Assembly (NCBI GenBank): GCA_964057225.1
Contig: OZ059895.1
Location: 15,562,001 to 15,626,000, forward strand
Length of the DNA stretch: 64,000 nt
DNA from: Auanema rhodensis
Taxonomy: Eukaryota; Animalia; Nematoda
Direction: 5' to 3'
Below are positions 38,350 to 51,100 of this stretch, piece by piece. The translations under genes and the position numbers were made by a program. Every line of letters begins with the position of its first letter. Position 1 is the first letter of the stretch. The notes below the pieces were generated by a model, which was not told the DNA's origin, did not search any database, and was given only the letters and a program-made list of their open reading frames with translations.

Positions 38350-38415
38350 GGGACACCTGTGAAAATGCGCGGGCGCGCAATGTTGACCGCGGTACTGGCT
38401 CGGGCGGGGAGAGGA
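38350..38415. promoter_or_regulatory. CpG-rich promoter island upstream of mlc-5
   Basis: gaaaatgcgcgggcgcgcaatgttgaccgcggtactggctcgggcgggg in AT-rich surroundings, about 300 nt upstream of the mlc-5 trans-splice acceptor. Resembles the GCGCG-rich (E2F/DREAM-type) elements of nematode housekeeping and germline promoters. Confidence 0.55.
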
Positions 38416-38754
38416 GATGATGACTAAACCCCCAGTGTTCACGACCCTGTATGTCTGGTCTCTCTCTCGCACTGCTTATGTAATCATACATTTCTTCTTT
38501 CTCTCTTTTAGTTTGAATTAGAAGATGAAGAAGAAGAAAGAGGTATAGATTATGAAGTTTGGGAGAAAGATGAAGATATTGGATGACCTTCGAGATCAGA
38601 TATGTTATGGATGGATTCGTTACCAGAGGACAAAATAGGCAGACAAGAGGTAGAGGAATTAGAAAGTAAAGGAGTGAATAAAGGTTTCATGGTATTGTTT
38701 CATATGGTGTACATGATGATCACATATTTCCGGATATCCTCTATACCGCAGACG

Positions 38755-40025
38755 CTATTCCCGTAGTTCGCCTAAGGCAAATGATACTTCAAATTCCTCC
38801 TGGCCTAGCGAAAACTCAGCCAATTTTGACGATAAGATGGCTAGAACATTGATATGAAAGCAATTCTATGTGACACATACAGAGATAAAAGGGAACAAAC
38901 AAATCTTACATAGTTTCATTCGTGCATGAGTGTAGGAGAACTGATTAAAGAATTCGTGAAGAGGTTTCACATGTAACTTTGTTTCAACCCATTGTTGTTC
39001 TGAGTTATCACCTGAAATAAACATTCCATTTAAAACTGAGAAATTTGGTTTGAAAAACAGCAATTTCAACGCTGAATTGAGCGTGTTATTACCGTTTGGA
39101 ATAACATCATTCTGAAGGTCGGAGAAGAAGATGTTGCATTCACCATTTTTCATCGAAGCATGAATATGTAATTCACCGTCATTACTAACTTTTAAAGTCT
39201 ATAAAAGTTCAAATTTTCTTAGTAAGTAGGCTGATACTTACAACGTATTTCGTATGAGTATTTTTCAAAGATTTTAAAACTCGTAACACGACTCTGGTCG
39301 GTGGCATATACAGTGAACACTGGAATTTTTCACGAAGATTGACTCGAAAAGAAGATGTGTTTCTCAGACCTGTACATCTTCAATAGGTGGGCGATCATAG
39401 AGAGGCCACTTTTTCGACTGTATGATTGTGACAGGAATGTCATGAACCATATTAATTGTTCGTAGCTCGACACGTAAGTGAGGCGACTAAACAAACAAGT
39501 TTTTAATGTTTAAGAAGGCTATAAGCTGCAACTCACATTATTCTTATTAGCAAGCTTTATCTTTGGATTATTAGACTGGTGATGTGATAGACATCTCAAG
39601 AGATCATCAACATTAATTTCCAGGACTATCTCATTTTTGTCTTCAGCTAATCCAGCGAACGACTGAAATTTTCATATTTCTGCTATAATCTCAATCATTT
39701 TCTAAGCAACACATACATTACTGATGAATATTGGGCTATATGATATCAAAACTCCGCACCAAAATTCACCATCTTTAGTATTAGCACCTGTAGCTGAGTT
39801 ACATATGAAGCACATACCTAAACTCAAGTTTGAACAGAAGACAACCAGCTTAGCGACTTACCGTCAGGAGTTATCTTGACAGCACATTTCTTTCTGCTCA
39901 TATGCGATACAGCACTTAAGCATTCTAAGATAAAGAGAATGGAATTTGTGTTAAGTTTATAAGGAAAGCTCACTGTTGAATGTTTCGACAGACCCTTGAT
40001 CACTAAATAGTGCCGAAAATCGCAT
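38755..40025 (-). CDS. hus-1: 9-1-1 checkpoint clamp subunit HUS1
   Basis: MRFSALFSDQGSVETFN | KCLSAVSHMSRKKCAVKITPD | ...FWC... | SFAGLAEDKNEIVLEINVDDLLRCL...KIKLANKNN | SPHLRVEL...VHDIPVTIIQSKKWPLYDRP... These carry the HUS1 signatures (NEI.LE, KIKL, HDIP). Confidence 0.88.
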
Positions 40026-40162
40026 TCTGAAGAATTGTTGTTTAAATTAGGGAAAAAATGAATAATATTTTGAAAATAGATAAGATATCGAATGAAAAAA
40101 AAACAAAAATTTCTTAAATTAAAAGTTTGTTTAATGTTTTAATGTCTTTATAAAACATGACG

Positions 40163-41430
40163 TTATTCAATTAAAACAATCCCGCAATCCTGAAAAATGA
40201 ATATTTCCTAAGCAATTCCAATTCAGAATCTCACTTTTATTACAAATTTTGAAAGATTTCTGTCTCTCCAGGGGCATTTCTCTAATCGTATATATCGTTC
40301 ACCGTGCCTGCGAGCAAGCCAGATTCTAGTCGTAGGCACAGACCTCCACGACTAAATCACTAGAATTTTCAAAAAAGAAAACCATTTACATTCTCACTTG
40401 ACCCATACATGCAACATCTTGTAAAGTTTCATCTACACTTATTGAGGTCACATGATTTGTTATGATTACCTTCAAAAAACGTAATGACAGGCAAATCTTC
40501 CTCTTCAACATACAGCGATTCCAAATTCACAAGCGATCTGGCACAATGCTCTTTGAATAATATCTAGATCATGAAATGTTTCAGCCCTTGCTTCTCCTCG
40601 GAAAAAATATGCGATTGAGTCAATAATTAAAACTGCGGCCTATTAAAGGCACATCTAAGATTAGTATATGCAAATGAGTTGAACAAACTTTTCGAAGATT
40701 AGTTTTTTGTTCTAATAACTGAGATATGGATATAACCATTTCTTTAATACTTAAAGGTTCCGAAAGAATTAGATTGTTAAAGAATTTTGATTGAGTAGAA
40801 GTTTCCGAAAATCCTCGAAACATCTGAAATTGCAAAACATGAAATCAAGTTCAAACCGGTTAACTCTTGAAATTAACGCGCTCACGCAATTCATTTAAGG
40901 TTCACGTGAAATGCTTATTTTGATTTCGATAGCTGAGAAATCGGTTGCACATGTTTCTTTCTAGATTCTTATGAAGCGTAAAATTGTTTATCAGCCATAA
41001 TTGATTGTTTGTTTTTTGTTGTTTTGGATTATTTTTGAAAACCTTACCTCCTCCATTCTTCGCAATGAAGAACTTTTCTCAGTATCCATATATATTACTG
41101 TTAAACCTTTTGCCAAACATGATGCCGTTACAGTCATGCTATACAATATGTTTTACTGTTACTCGCAAAGTTATCAAACCAAAACTGAGATTTTCCACTA
41201 CCTGCCTCTCCGACAAGTTCAGTTAAAGTCCCAGGTACAATACCTTCTCCTATAACAATTGTTAATGGATTATCCCCTCACATCTCCAAGCTTATACCGA
41301 GAAAATCATCTAGACCACTGTCACCTGTTTTGATAACTTCACAGACTGATAATTCATGTTCTAATAGGTCAGTAGCAGTTCGAAACCCAGCGTCTTCAAG
41401 TATTTGTTTTCTCTTTGGAAACAACTCCAT
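40163..41430 (-). CDS. RAD51 paralog (RecA-fold ATPase; XRCC3/RAD51C/RFS-1-like), about 250 aa
   Basis: Eight exons: ...FRTATDLLE...IKTGDSGLDDFL | GEGIVPGTLTELVGEAGSGKSQF (Walker A) | C...VIYMDTE...RRMEE | ... | AAVLIIDSIAYFFRGE (Walker B) | VIITNHVT...MGQ | SWRSVPTTRIWL... | DCGIVLIE*. Confidence 0.88.
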
Positions 41431-41687
41431 CTGATAAAGAAAAGACTTTATGTTACATCAGAATAAAACCTGGATAATAGGCAACAGAACCGAAAAGTAA
41501 TAGAGAAGTAAAGAATCATATGAAATTTATATAAAATAGTAAGTATCACAGATAAATAAAAGAATCTACAAAATACCACATTCTAATAGATCAAACATCA
41601 AATTAATCAAACTCTTCTCAGTTTTTAGTCATGTGTACCCCAAATTGAAACTAAGAATTATTAACCACCCATAACTACAAAAAGGAT

Positions 41688-42906
41688 TTAGCAACACCAA
41701 CCGTCATCTTCAAGCGCAGCCCGCTCATTTGCTTTTAAGACAAGTTTTTCATTTTCCTGAAACACCGCCAAATAAGTTTATGATTCATAAAGAAATCTTA
41801 CAGTAGCTTGTCTTTCATTTTGGCTCTGTACATGCATTGGTTTACTCTGTTGAAGTTTGTGGAGTAATGTGAGGAAAATCGATTCAACATGGTCAGATTC
41901 AGAATCTGCTTTAGCAGAAGTTTCGAAAAGAGCCATGTTGTTACGATCCGCAAATATCTACAATAACATTGTTCAATATGAAAAAATAATAACTTCAAAC
42001 CTGGGCACTATCAGTTGAAACTTTCTCTGAACTAGCTAAATCACACTTATTTCCTATTAGAATTCGGGGTACGTCAGCATTAGCAGTTAAGCCATGCTTT
42101 TCACATTCTTGGATCCAACCTTTCAGGTTATCAAACGATGATTTACTGTAAAATTTAAGAAATGAATTTTCAGTTGAAAGCTTATTTGACTTACGTATTG
42201 ACATCATACACAAAAACTACAGCATTTACATTACGGTAATAATGAGCAACAATGGACTGTCGATATCTTTCCTGACCAGCGGTATCCCAAAGTTGAACCT
42301 GATATTAAGAAAATCTTAAAGCATGCACACTATGAATAGCTTACTCTTAACAGCTCTCGTTCAATAACACAACTCCTCTCTCTAAAATCTACTCCAATAG
42401 TAGCTTCGGTATGCTCTGGGAATCTTCCACAACAAAATCGGAATGACAGGCATGTTTTACCTACACCAGCATCTCCAACTATGATAACCTCAAGCATTTC
42501 TATTAATAAATAGGCTGTCATATTGTCTAACCTTGAATGTCCTCTTTGAACTGAAATTTTTTGATCCTTGAGGAGCTAGTGGAAGTTTTTTGGGAACAAC
42601 AGGATTACTGCCTGTTTCTGAAGCTTTGGTAGGAGCAGGATCTGATGCAGTTACAGATGGATGAGCTGGATTCTCGGCGCGAACAGAAGAAGAACCGGGA
42701 GCTGAATATGGAACACGAACCTAAAGGAAAAATAAAGTAGTTGCCGTAAGAAAAGTTTATACATTTTCATAAACAGGTGGAGCAGGCTTTTCTTCGTCAA
42801 CAGAAGGCCGTTTCGCAAAATTTGGTAAAGGCCTGGGAGGATCAACTACTGATACGAAGGTAGAAAAGGTTGGAGGGGGTATCGTTGGCACACCTCCGTT
42901 ACTCAT
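41688..42906 (-). CDS. rab-33: Rab33 GTPase with Pro-rich N-terminal extension
   Basis: [70 protein letters not shown], and a C-terminal WCC* prenylation motif. Confidence 0.95.
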
Positions 42907-43035
42907 TTCTGTTAAATGGATAAATATTAAAAATAAAAGCAACACTAATTTCAAGGTATACAAAGGAATAACCAAATAAAGTAAGAAACAGAAAAGTGCT
43001 TATGTACATTTATCAGAAAAAATAATAATTCTATA

Positions 43036-44282
43036 TTACAAAAGTGGATTTTTCCGAGATCCTTTTGGAGGGAATAGTTTTCCTTTGCGTTCTAAAGAGT
43101 AATACGCCTGGAATATTTGAATCAAATACTTGTACAACATTACAATGGCTTACTTGTCTTAAGTGATGTGGTTTCAGAGGTTCTGCGGGATCCCCTTGAG
43201 TACTTTGTAAATCAAGAGCTTCCTCAACCAATTCACCAGCAAACACCTGTGAAAGCTGAATAGTATGGTGAAAAATATTTAATAAAACCTTGGCTAATCC
43301 AGCAACAGCGATAACTACGTTTTGATTTGGAATTATACCCGTGTATTGTTGAATCAGACGTCTGATAGCTGACTTAGGGAATGAAGATCTGAAACAGAGG
43401 TTTGTGGAGAAGAATAAGAATAGATAGTTACCGTCGGTATGTTTCGTAACGATTTAGTTGTTCTTGGTTGAAGTTTGAAACAAGTACTTGCATTTTCAAC
43501 CTCATCAGTTCGTCTTCTTCATTTAGTGGCTTCACAACTTCTTCTTCCTATATAAGGCTCAATTGGTTATAAGTTCATATATATCATCCTCACTTCATCT
43601 GGTTTTTCTTTTTTTACTTCTGGCTCTACTTCCTTTGCTACAATTACTGGTGGAGTGCTCAACGTTTGGTCAGGAACTGGTGGAGGTTTTACTTTCTCAG
43701 GACTTACTATCTGACAATTTGGTAAAAATTAGAGCAGCAGACTGATTAATACCAACCTTAACTTCAGGAGCTTTTTTCTCTTTTTCCTTTTCAATATCTC
43801 TTTTTTTAGGTACAATCGTTGTGCTTGGAGGCGGCATTGGAAACCCTAGTGAAACCAACGGATCTTCCTCTATCACCTAGAAAAAATGGATTATACATAT
43901 CTTCACTCATATAACGTACTGCGGGTCCTTCTGATGGTTCGGCTTTCGGTTTCTTCACTTCCTGAGGTTCTAATGGACTAGGAGAAGCTTTCCGCTTTGT
44001 GGCTCCTGAATTAGATTCTGGCATATCTAAGCCATTGAATATATCCATTGCAAACATCCCATCATTCGAATCATCTTCTGATAGGGTGAATTTTACTTTC
44101 GGTCTCCGCTCTGGACTTTTGGGACTAAAACCAAATCAAATCGAAGTGAAAGATGAGGAATAATAAGCTTACCTAGTTTCTTCTTTGGAATCATTTAGAA
44201 TACCATCTTTGCTATCTTCTAGTTTATCAGAATCATCATCACTACTGTCACTCAGTCCACCTCCGAACAATTCATCATCCAT
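43036..44282 (-). CDS. taf-11: TFIID subunit TAF11 with long acidic/Pro-rich N-terminus
   Basis: [47 protein letters not shown]...[24 protein letters not shown]...[11 protein letters not shown] (TAFII28 histone fold). Confidence 0.92.
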
Positions 44283-44459
44283 TGCACCTATAGTTAGAAA
44301 GGAATTCATAACAAAAGCATCAAAGAATTTCAAAATAATCAATGGTTTCTCCAATGAACTTAAGACAATCGAGTATAAATCATTACTGTTTTCTTGAATA
44401 AGGATAACAAATCTTGGACAGAACTATATACACATTTTGAAAATTGAAAAGATAGAAAA

Positions 44460-45938
44460 TCAATCACTATCTGAATCACTTCCATAACTAGCCAGTCCTA
44501 GTAGACCGGTAGGAGCTGAAACCTTCGTAGCTATTCCATTAGATATACCACTTGATCCAGCAGATGAAGAACTAGATGATTCTTGTGGTTTCTCATCTTC
44601 ATCCAACGGCTCCTGTTTAACATCGGGCTGCAAAAAATATTGATTAATAGTTATGGACATATCATATACACACCTTTTTCTTTTTAACTATCATTTTTGA
44701 CAAAATACTTGACTGATCGTTCTTGCGCTTTATTGGATCCGAATTATTGATATTTGGTTTCTTATCGACTGCCTTTACATCAACTTCTTCACTTTTCTGG
44801 AAAACAAATTATAAAACTCCTTATACAATACAAATACTTTCAGATGAAATGTACCAATATTAAAAATTAAAATAAACTAACTATATCACAAAGTCCACTA
44901 GGACCGGCTAGACATTCTTCATCAATAATTTCATCTTCATCTGGGTTCATGGGTTTAACAAATCTTGGATTTGGTTTATTAAACAATTTTCTTAAATAAG
45001 GCAAATGTTGAAAAAAATGAAAATATGGAATATTTAACTCACTGAACAAAAGCTTCATCAGCTTCTTCTTGTAAACGTATTCTCTCAACAAGAGAAAGAT
45101 TTGGATTTGTTTGAGTTATAAAAGCATCAACGTTAACTCCTTCTTTCTGTCGATTAATTTCCTGTAAATCCTCTAGATTACCTGAAACAATATTGAAACA
45201 TTAGTAATTCTCAAAACTGTAACTGTACCCATAGCTTCCATTTCTGCTCTACTCATCATAGTTCTTTTTTCCAACATTTTCATAGGATCTTTCTTATCTT
45301 CTTCTTCTTGCTCTTCTTTAGCTCTCTCAGCTTCTTTATAAAGTTTAAAAGCTTCGAAAAGACGTGTAGCTCCATATTCCTACAGTAATTTCAGTTAAAA
45401 CAATAAACTCGTCAAAAGGACATTACCATCTGATAATCACAGTTTTCGAGATCAGTTTTGAATGTTATTTCTGCTAGACAATTAGGACATCTAGAGTAAA
45501 TTTAATTATCTTTAAATGAAACAAAAAAAAATACTTGAAATAGAAACGGAACAGTTTCAAACCCAAATATGTTTCCCCTTCTGCCGTTTCACGCTTCATA
45601 TTAAATTTTTTACCCTATATCGTAAAAGTAAGTTTTATTATTAAATTGAATTATCTTACTTTATAAATATATTCATGACATGTATTACACTGCATATTGA
45701 ACGGTGTCATAACACGTTGAACAAACTGTCTTAATAAATAAACAATGAAATAAAGTTTTAATTTCATTAAAGTTATACCTGTTTTTCCTCCCTCCAGCAC
45801 CACTTTTAACACGTTTAAGCTTAGATGGATCATAATCGGGTGGATAGTATTTCTAAAAAAAATAACTTCGTTTAACATACAATTAATAATGTTTCAATAA
45901 ATACACACCTGAAATACTTTACGTTCAGTTCCGGTCAT
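44460..45938 (-). CDS. yju-2: Splicing factor YJU2/CCDC94
   Basis: MTGTERKVFQKYYPPDYDPSKL...[29 protein letters not shown]...[31 protein letters not shown]...GATR, ending LGLASYGSDSDSD*. Confidence 0.93.
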
Positions 45939-46227
45939 TTCGAGTTTCTAGTTTCCCTAAAATTCATAAATGTTAATTACAATATTAAATACAAAAATCA
46001 AAAAATGAATAATAAACAAAAGGACATAAAAAAAACAAAGTTCGTAAATGTCTAACTATATCGAATCTGCCCCATTCCATGTCAAGCGCACAAAAGTGCT
46101 CCAATGCTAATTTTTTGTGAACAAGGCTCTTATCAAGCTTGAATATACTGCTTCATATCCTTAGCTAGTTTAACAGTTGTATGATAAATTATTGAAATTC
46201 TTATTTTAATATATAGTGTTTAGTGCT
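45939..46227. promoter_or_regulatory. Probable bidirectional promoter
   Basis: Only about 290 nt separate the divergent ATGs of yju-2 (45938, minus) and the microprotein (46228, plus). Each ATG is preceded by a T-rich outron and an AG acceptor. Confidence 0.65.
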
Positions 46228-46477
46228 ATGAATCGAATTAAGCTAAAAGCTCATTTTTCTACTGTCGCAGTTATAACTGGTACTATTGGATTAGCTTACG
46301 GTGTTTTTCAAGTTGCTATGATGCTTAAAGTGAGTTAAATCATTTCACAATATCAGAAATATTCTGTTAAAGCAATGGACTCGTGCTTCTCCAAGACTTA
46401 TGCATCAGGAAATGGAAGATTACATGAGGTTTAAAGCATTGCAAGCAGAAATGGAGCTAAACAAAAAAACTGCTTAG
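46228..46477 (+). CDS. 68-aa single-pass membrane microprotein (not in the ORF track)
   Basis: TTTAG acceptor just before the ATG. Exon 46228-46329, intron gtgagt...taaag of 43 nt, exon 46373-46477: MNRIKLKAHFSTVAVITGTIGLAYGVFQVAMMLK | QWTRASPRLMHQEMEDYMRFKALQAEMELNKKTA*. A GTATGT donor follows the stop immediately, and AATAAA lies at ~46773. Confidence 0.7.
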
Positions 46478-48148
46478 GTATGTTTAATATCGTCTTAATT
46501 GTTCACTTCACTAGAATCGGATTACGTTTTTCCTTCGTTTCAATTTTCTAATTTCAATTAATCGTTTTATTTAGCGTCTTGTGTTCAACTTGGTTTATGA
46601 CCAAAGCTTGTACCATAGGACATAGTGCTACGAATATTTTGCTTCAATCCTGAACGACTTGCGGGTGTTTCTATCTCAATATTTAGATTTGATTATAGTT
46701 TTAGAATTTGTGATAGAAATATAATAGATTTTCTATTTTGATGTTTCATCTTGTTGATGTCATTTTTAAATTAATAAAATTTGTTTTAATAGCATCTTTG
46801 ATATACTGGATATTTCATTTTCTTGATGAATAATAACAAGATATGAGTAATGAAAATATAAAACAAAAACAATAGATTTGGAGACATTCACAACAAAAAC
46901 TCCGGGAATTTTATTTTTTCCGAAATTGTGATACTTTTAAGTTTTAGGAAATGTTTGCTCAATCATTTCGGTATAACTGATCATTTTATTTTAAAACTGA
47001 AAATGTTTGTGGTTATTTTCATTTGTCATTCCAGCATACTAAAAAGCGGTTGATTTCTCTATGTTTGAGAAAAACAATCTTAAGTCTAACATTGTTTAAA
47101 AACTGTTCATTTCCCAAATTTATCAGTTAATTCCAACTTTTATTTTCTATTATGTCTTGTAAATTTTTCAATTTTATAATTAATCCAATTAAAATTTCCA
47201 GAAAAAAGTCAGTTATATTCTACGGCTGTATCCTTCTTTATTCTGTAAGTTTTTCTAACATTAAAGTCCACTTGTTCATCCAAAATGTTTTTATTTGAGT
47301 TAGTTCGAGTCAGATGGTGCGCATGAATGTGTACAATTTCATGACACTCAGTCCTGATACCACTAAACCACATATTAGCTTTTCCCCCTAAGTTTATGTG
47401 TATAATCATGTCATGTCAACCTATTTCTAAAGCATCCCTCCATTTTAGAACATTAAATCATGAATCACGTTGTCAACAATCCATTGTTTATGGGTCATCT
47501 TCCTTAGCCAGGCGGGAAACTGTAAGATTTGAATCTGCCCGCCAAACAGTCATACTCTAACTGGCCTTTACAGCTGTTTCCAAGTCTTTAGGTTATTCCC
47601 CGTAGAATCGACCCATAGCATTTAAACTCTATTTAATACTCATCATTTGAAATAACTAGTTGCATTTGTTGTTTAGCGACAAGTCCTTGACTGAGCAAAT
47701 ATACCTACTTTAAGATTTCATTTTTTTAACCAGATGGCTTTAGCTCATCCGGTGTCAATTAACAAGTGTCCGAAATGCTCCATATGAAATACAAAGAAGT
47801 TTTCTATTCCACACGATCTTAACTCTTACCACTCGCCATCTTCTCACCATGTTCACGAATACCCCGATCAAGAGGACTGTTTTCGGATATCGTATATTAA
47901 CCCTATCCTTTTATTCAAGATATCTACGAAATGTTTCCGATCGTTAATTAACCTTTTGAAAAGTGTTACATTCTGATGTTATCTTGTGTCCTTATGCATC
48001 ATTCTACATCATATCGATGCTGCACATAACCAGCGCGATGTGCGAGAGATATCCATATTTGTCGCCTTTGGTTATTTCCTTTATAATATTTTACTATTTC
48101 AGTATCCAATACTAAAGTTATTCTCCATTAAGCGCTTTCTGTGGAGAA

Positions 48149-51100
48149 ATGGCTGAATTGGATATACTAAGGGTAAATTTGTTTTTTCCCCCGATAAATT
48201 TGAGTGATATTGCATAATAGGTGAAACAAGATCGAATTCAAGATCCCGCTTTAACAGCAGAATGGAACAAAAAAGCTTTAGTTTGGGTTCCTCATGAAAA
48301 GGATGGGTTTGTTTTAGCATCCGTTGTAAAAGATGATTCCTCTGGTAGGTTCTATCTTGATTTTCCTATTTTGTTTTTATTTTTTAAGATCTCATTGAAG
48401 TAGAAATATTAGATACTAACGAAAAACAGAGAATAAGTAGAGATGACTGTCAAAAGGTAAGTTGAAAGTTTTGAATATTTTTTTCATGTTTGCTCTTAGG
48501 TCAATCCCCCACGTTTTGATAAATGTGAGGATATGGCTAATATGTCTTGCTTGAACGAAGCAGCTGTGCTGTGGAATCTTAAACAACGTTATTATGCCAA
48601 TCTTATTTATGTAACTCATTATGCTCACAACACCATTATTCTGGTTTTTTAGACTTATTCTGGATTGTTTTGTGTTGTAATTAATCCTTATCAACGGCTT
48701 CCAATTTATACAGACTCAATTGCCGATCTCTTCAAGGGAAAGAAGAGAAAGGAAATGCCTCCACATATTTTTGCTGCCACTGATGAAGCCTACCGTAATA
48801 TGTTGCAAGATAAGGAAGATCAATCCATCCTGTGCACGTAAGCGTTACTTTTTTCTTTTCGCATTTGAACCTTCTGACCTTTAGAGGAGAATCCGGTGCT
48901 GGTAAGACCGAAAACACCAAAAAGGTTATTCAATATTTGGCAAATGTCGCTGGATCACGTAAGACTGGTGTATGTTAATGTTTGTTTTTTTCGTGGCTCA
49001 TCAATTTTTTTTTCAGATTGCTGATCTAGACAGTTCACATACCCGGTTGGTCGGACATCTCGAAGAACAACTTCTTCAAGCCAATCCAATCTTAGAAGCT
49101 TTTGGTAACAGTAAAACTATTAAGAATGACAACTCTTCTAGATTTGTATGCATAAATGTAACTCGATTTAATTCAGTTATATTATTTACAGGGAAAGTTC
49201 ATTCGGGTTCATTTTGATGCCACAGGATGTATTTCCGGAGCTAATATCGAGTTTTATTTATTAGAGAAATCTCGTGTGCTCAGACAAGCATCTTTGGAGA
49301 GAAGTTTCCACATCTTCTACCAAATGTTGAAGGGAGCGAACCCTAAAATGAAAAGTAAGGCTCACAATTTTTATTTTTCAATGAATATACTCTTCAGGCG
49401 ATCTGTTGTTGGAGGAAAATACTGGAGCTTACCGGTTCTTGTCTAATGCCGATGTACATATTCCTGGCATTGATGATAAAACTGAGTTTGCTGAAACAGT
49501 TAAAGCAATGAATATTATGGGAATTGAGGATAATGAAGTTCAAGGTTGTTTAGTCCTTATTGAAAAATTTCCCATTTTACCCATGGTTTAGCTATTCTTC
49601 GTATTGTATCCGCTGTTCTTCTTTTTGGTAACCTCGAATTTGGTCAAGAGAACAAGAATAGCGATCAAGCCATTTTACTTAACGATGCTGTAGCTCAGAA
49701 GATTTGCACTTTGCTTGGTCTCAACTTGTCTGATCTCATGAGAGCTTTCTTGAAACCTAAGATCAAGGTAAAAAAAAGTTTTACTAAGTTTGCAATGGTT
49801 TTCGATTTTAGGTTCAACGGGATCATGTACATAGAAGTCAAAGTGAGGAGCAAGCACGATTCTCCGTTGAAGCTATTGCGAAGGCTTGCTATGAGCGCCT
49901 TTTCAGGTAATTATTGGTTATGAAGTTATGAAGTAAATTTCTGATATTCAGGTGGCTTGTTCAAAGACTCAATAAATCTCTTGATAGAACCCGTCAAAAT
50001 GCTATTAGTTTTGTCGGAATTCTCGATATTGCTGGGTAAGTTTTAGCTGCTTCTACAATAACTTAGCTCTGTTTTTTAGATTTGAAATTTTCGAAATGAA
50101 TTCTTTCGAACAGTTATGCATTAACTATACTAATGAGAAGCTGCAACAGCTTTTTAATAACACAATGTTCATTCGTGAACAACAGGAGTACCTGGATGAA
50201 GGTCTTGATTGGGACATGATCGATTTTGGTTTGAATTTACAACCGACAATTGATTTGATTGAGAAGGTAACCTCGTTATCGTCATCGGAATTGAACATAT
50301 TAATTGCTTAAGCCTATGGGTATTTTGTCAACTTTGGATGATGTTTGTCTATTCCCTCAAGGAAGTGATACAGGATTTGTTGAACGCTTGGTGAATCAAC
50401 ACCATCAACATCCTAAGTATGTCGTACCTGAAATGAGAGCCAAGTATGTTTTAACGCTTCTTATGTGATTTTTGTTCACTTTTTGTAGGAGCGACTTCGC
50501 TGTTGTTCATTATGCTGGACGTGTTGACTACTCAGCCGCTGGTTGGAGAGTTAAGAACATGGATCCATTGAACGAAAACGTTGTTGAGTTACTTCAATCT
50601 GCTCGTGAAACGCTTATTGCTGAAATCTGGAAGGATGGTATGGCATTATTGCATTTCAATATTTTATTTTCCTGTTTAGTTAGCGATGTATGCAGCATGG
50701 GTGCCACCGAAGTTGGAGATGCTGCTATTTTTGGTGCCCGTGTTAAAAAGGGTATGTTCCGTACTGTATCCCAAATGCATAAGGAACAGCTTACTCGATT
50801 GATGTCGACTCTTCACAATACCAATCCTCATTTCGTGAGATGTATCATTCCTAATCACGAGAAAAAGGTTTTTCTCTCTCGCTTTGATCTGTAGATGTAA
50901 ATATCTATATTTAGCCAGGATATCTGAACGCTAATCTTGTTCTTGATCAGCTGAGATGTAATGGTGTTTTGGAAGGAATCCGTATATGCCGCCAAGGATT
51001 CCCTAACCGCCTCCCATTCCAGGTTTCCATTAATCGTGCCATGAAGTTTCAAACTTTTTTCTTTTAGGAGTTCCGACAACGTTATGAACGTCTCTTGACA

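Larger units (their letters stand above)
38755..45938 (-). other. Probable five-gene trans-spliced operon yju-2 > taf-11 > rab-33 > RAD51 paralog > hus-1
   Basis: All on one strand, with stop-to-acceptor gaps of about 170, 125, 255 and 135 nt. Poly(A)-like hexamers (GATAAA 43014-43009, TATAAA 41531-41526, TATAAA 40152-40147) lie about 100-120 nt upstream of acceptors that sit 0-5 nt before each ATG. The intercistronic tracts are U-rich. Confidence 0.7.

Noticed and set aside
47511-47543. GGCGGG...CCCGCC hairpin with a T-loop-like centre
   Set aside because: Too short for a tRNA, with no D or anticodon arms and no A-box.
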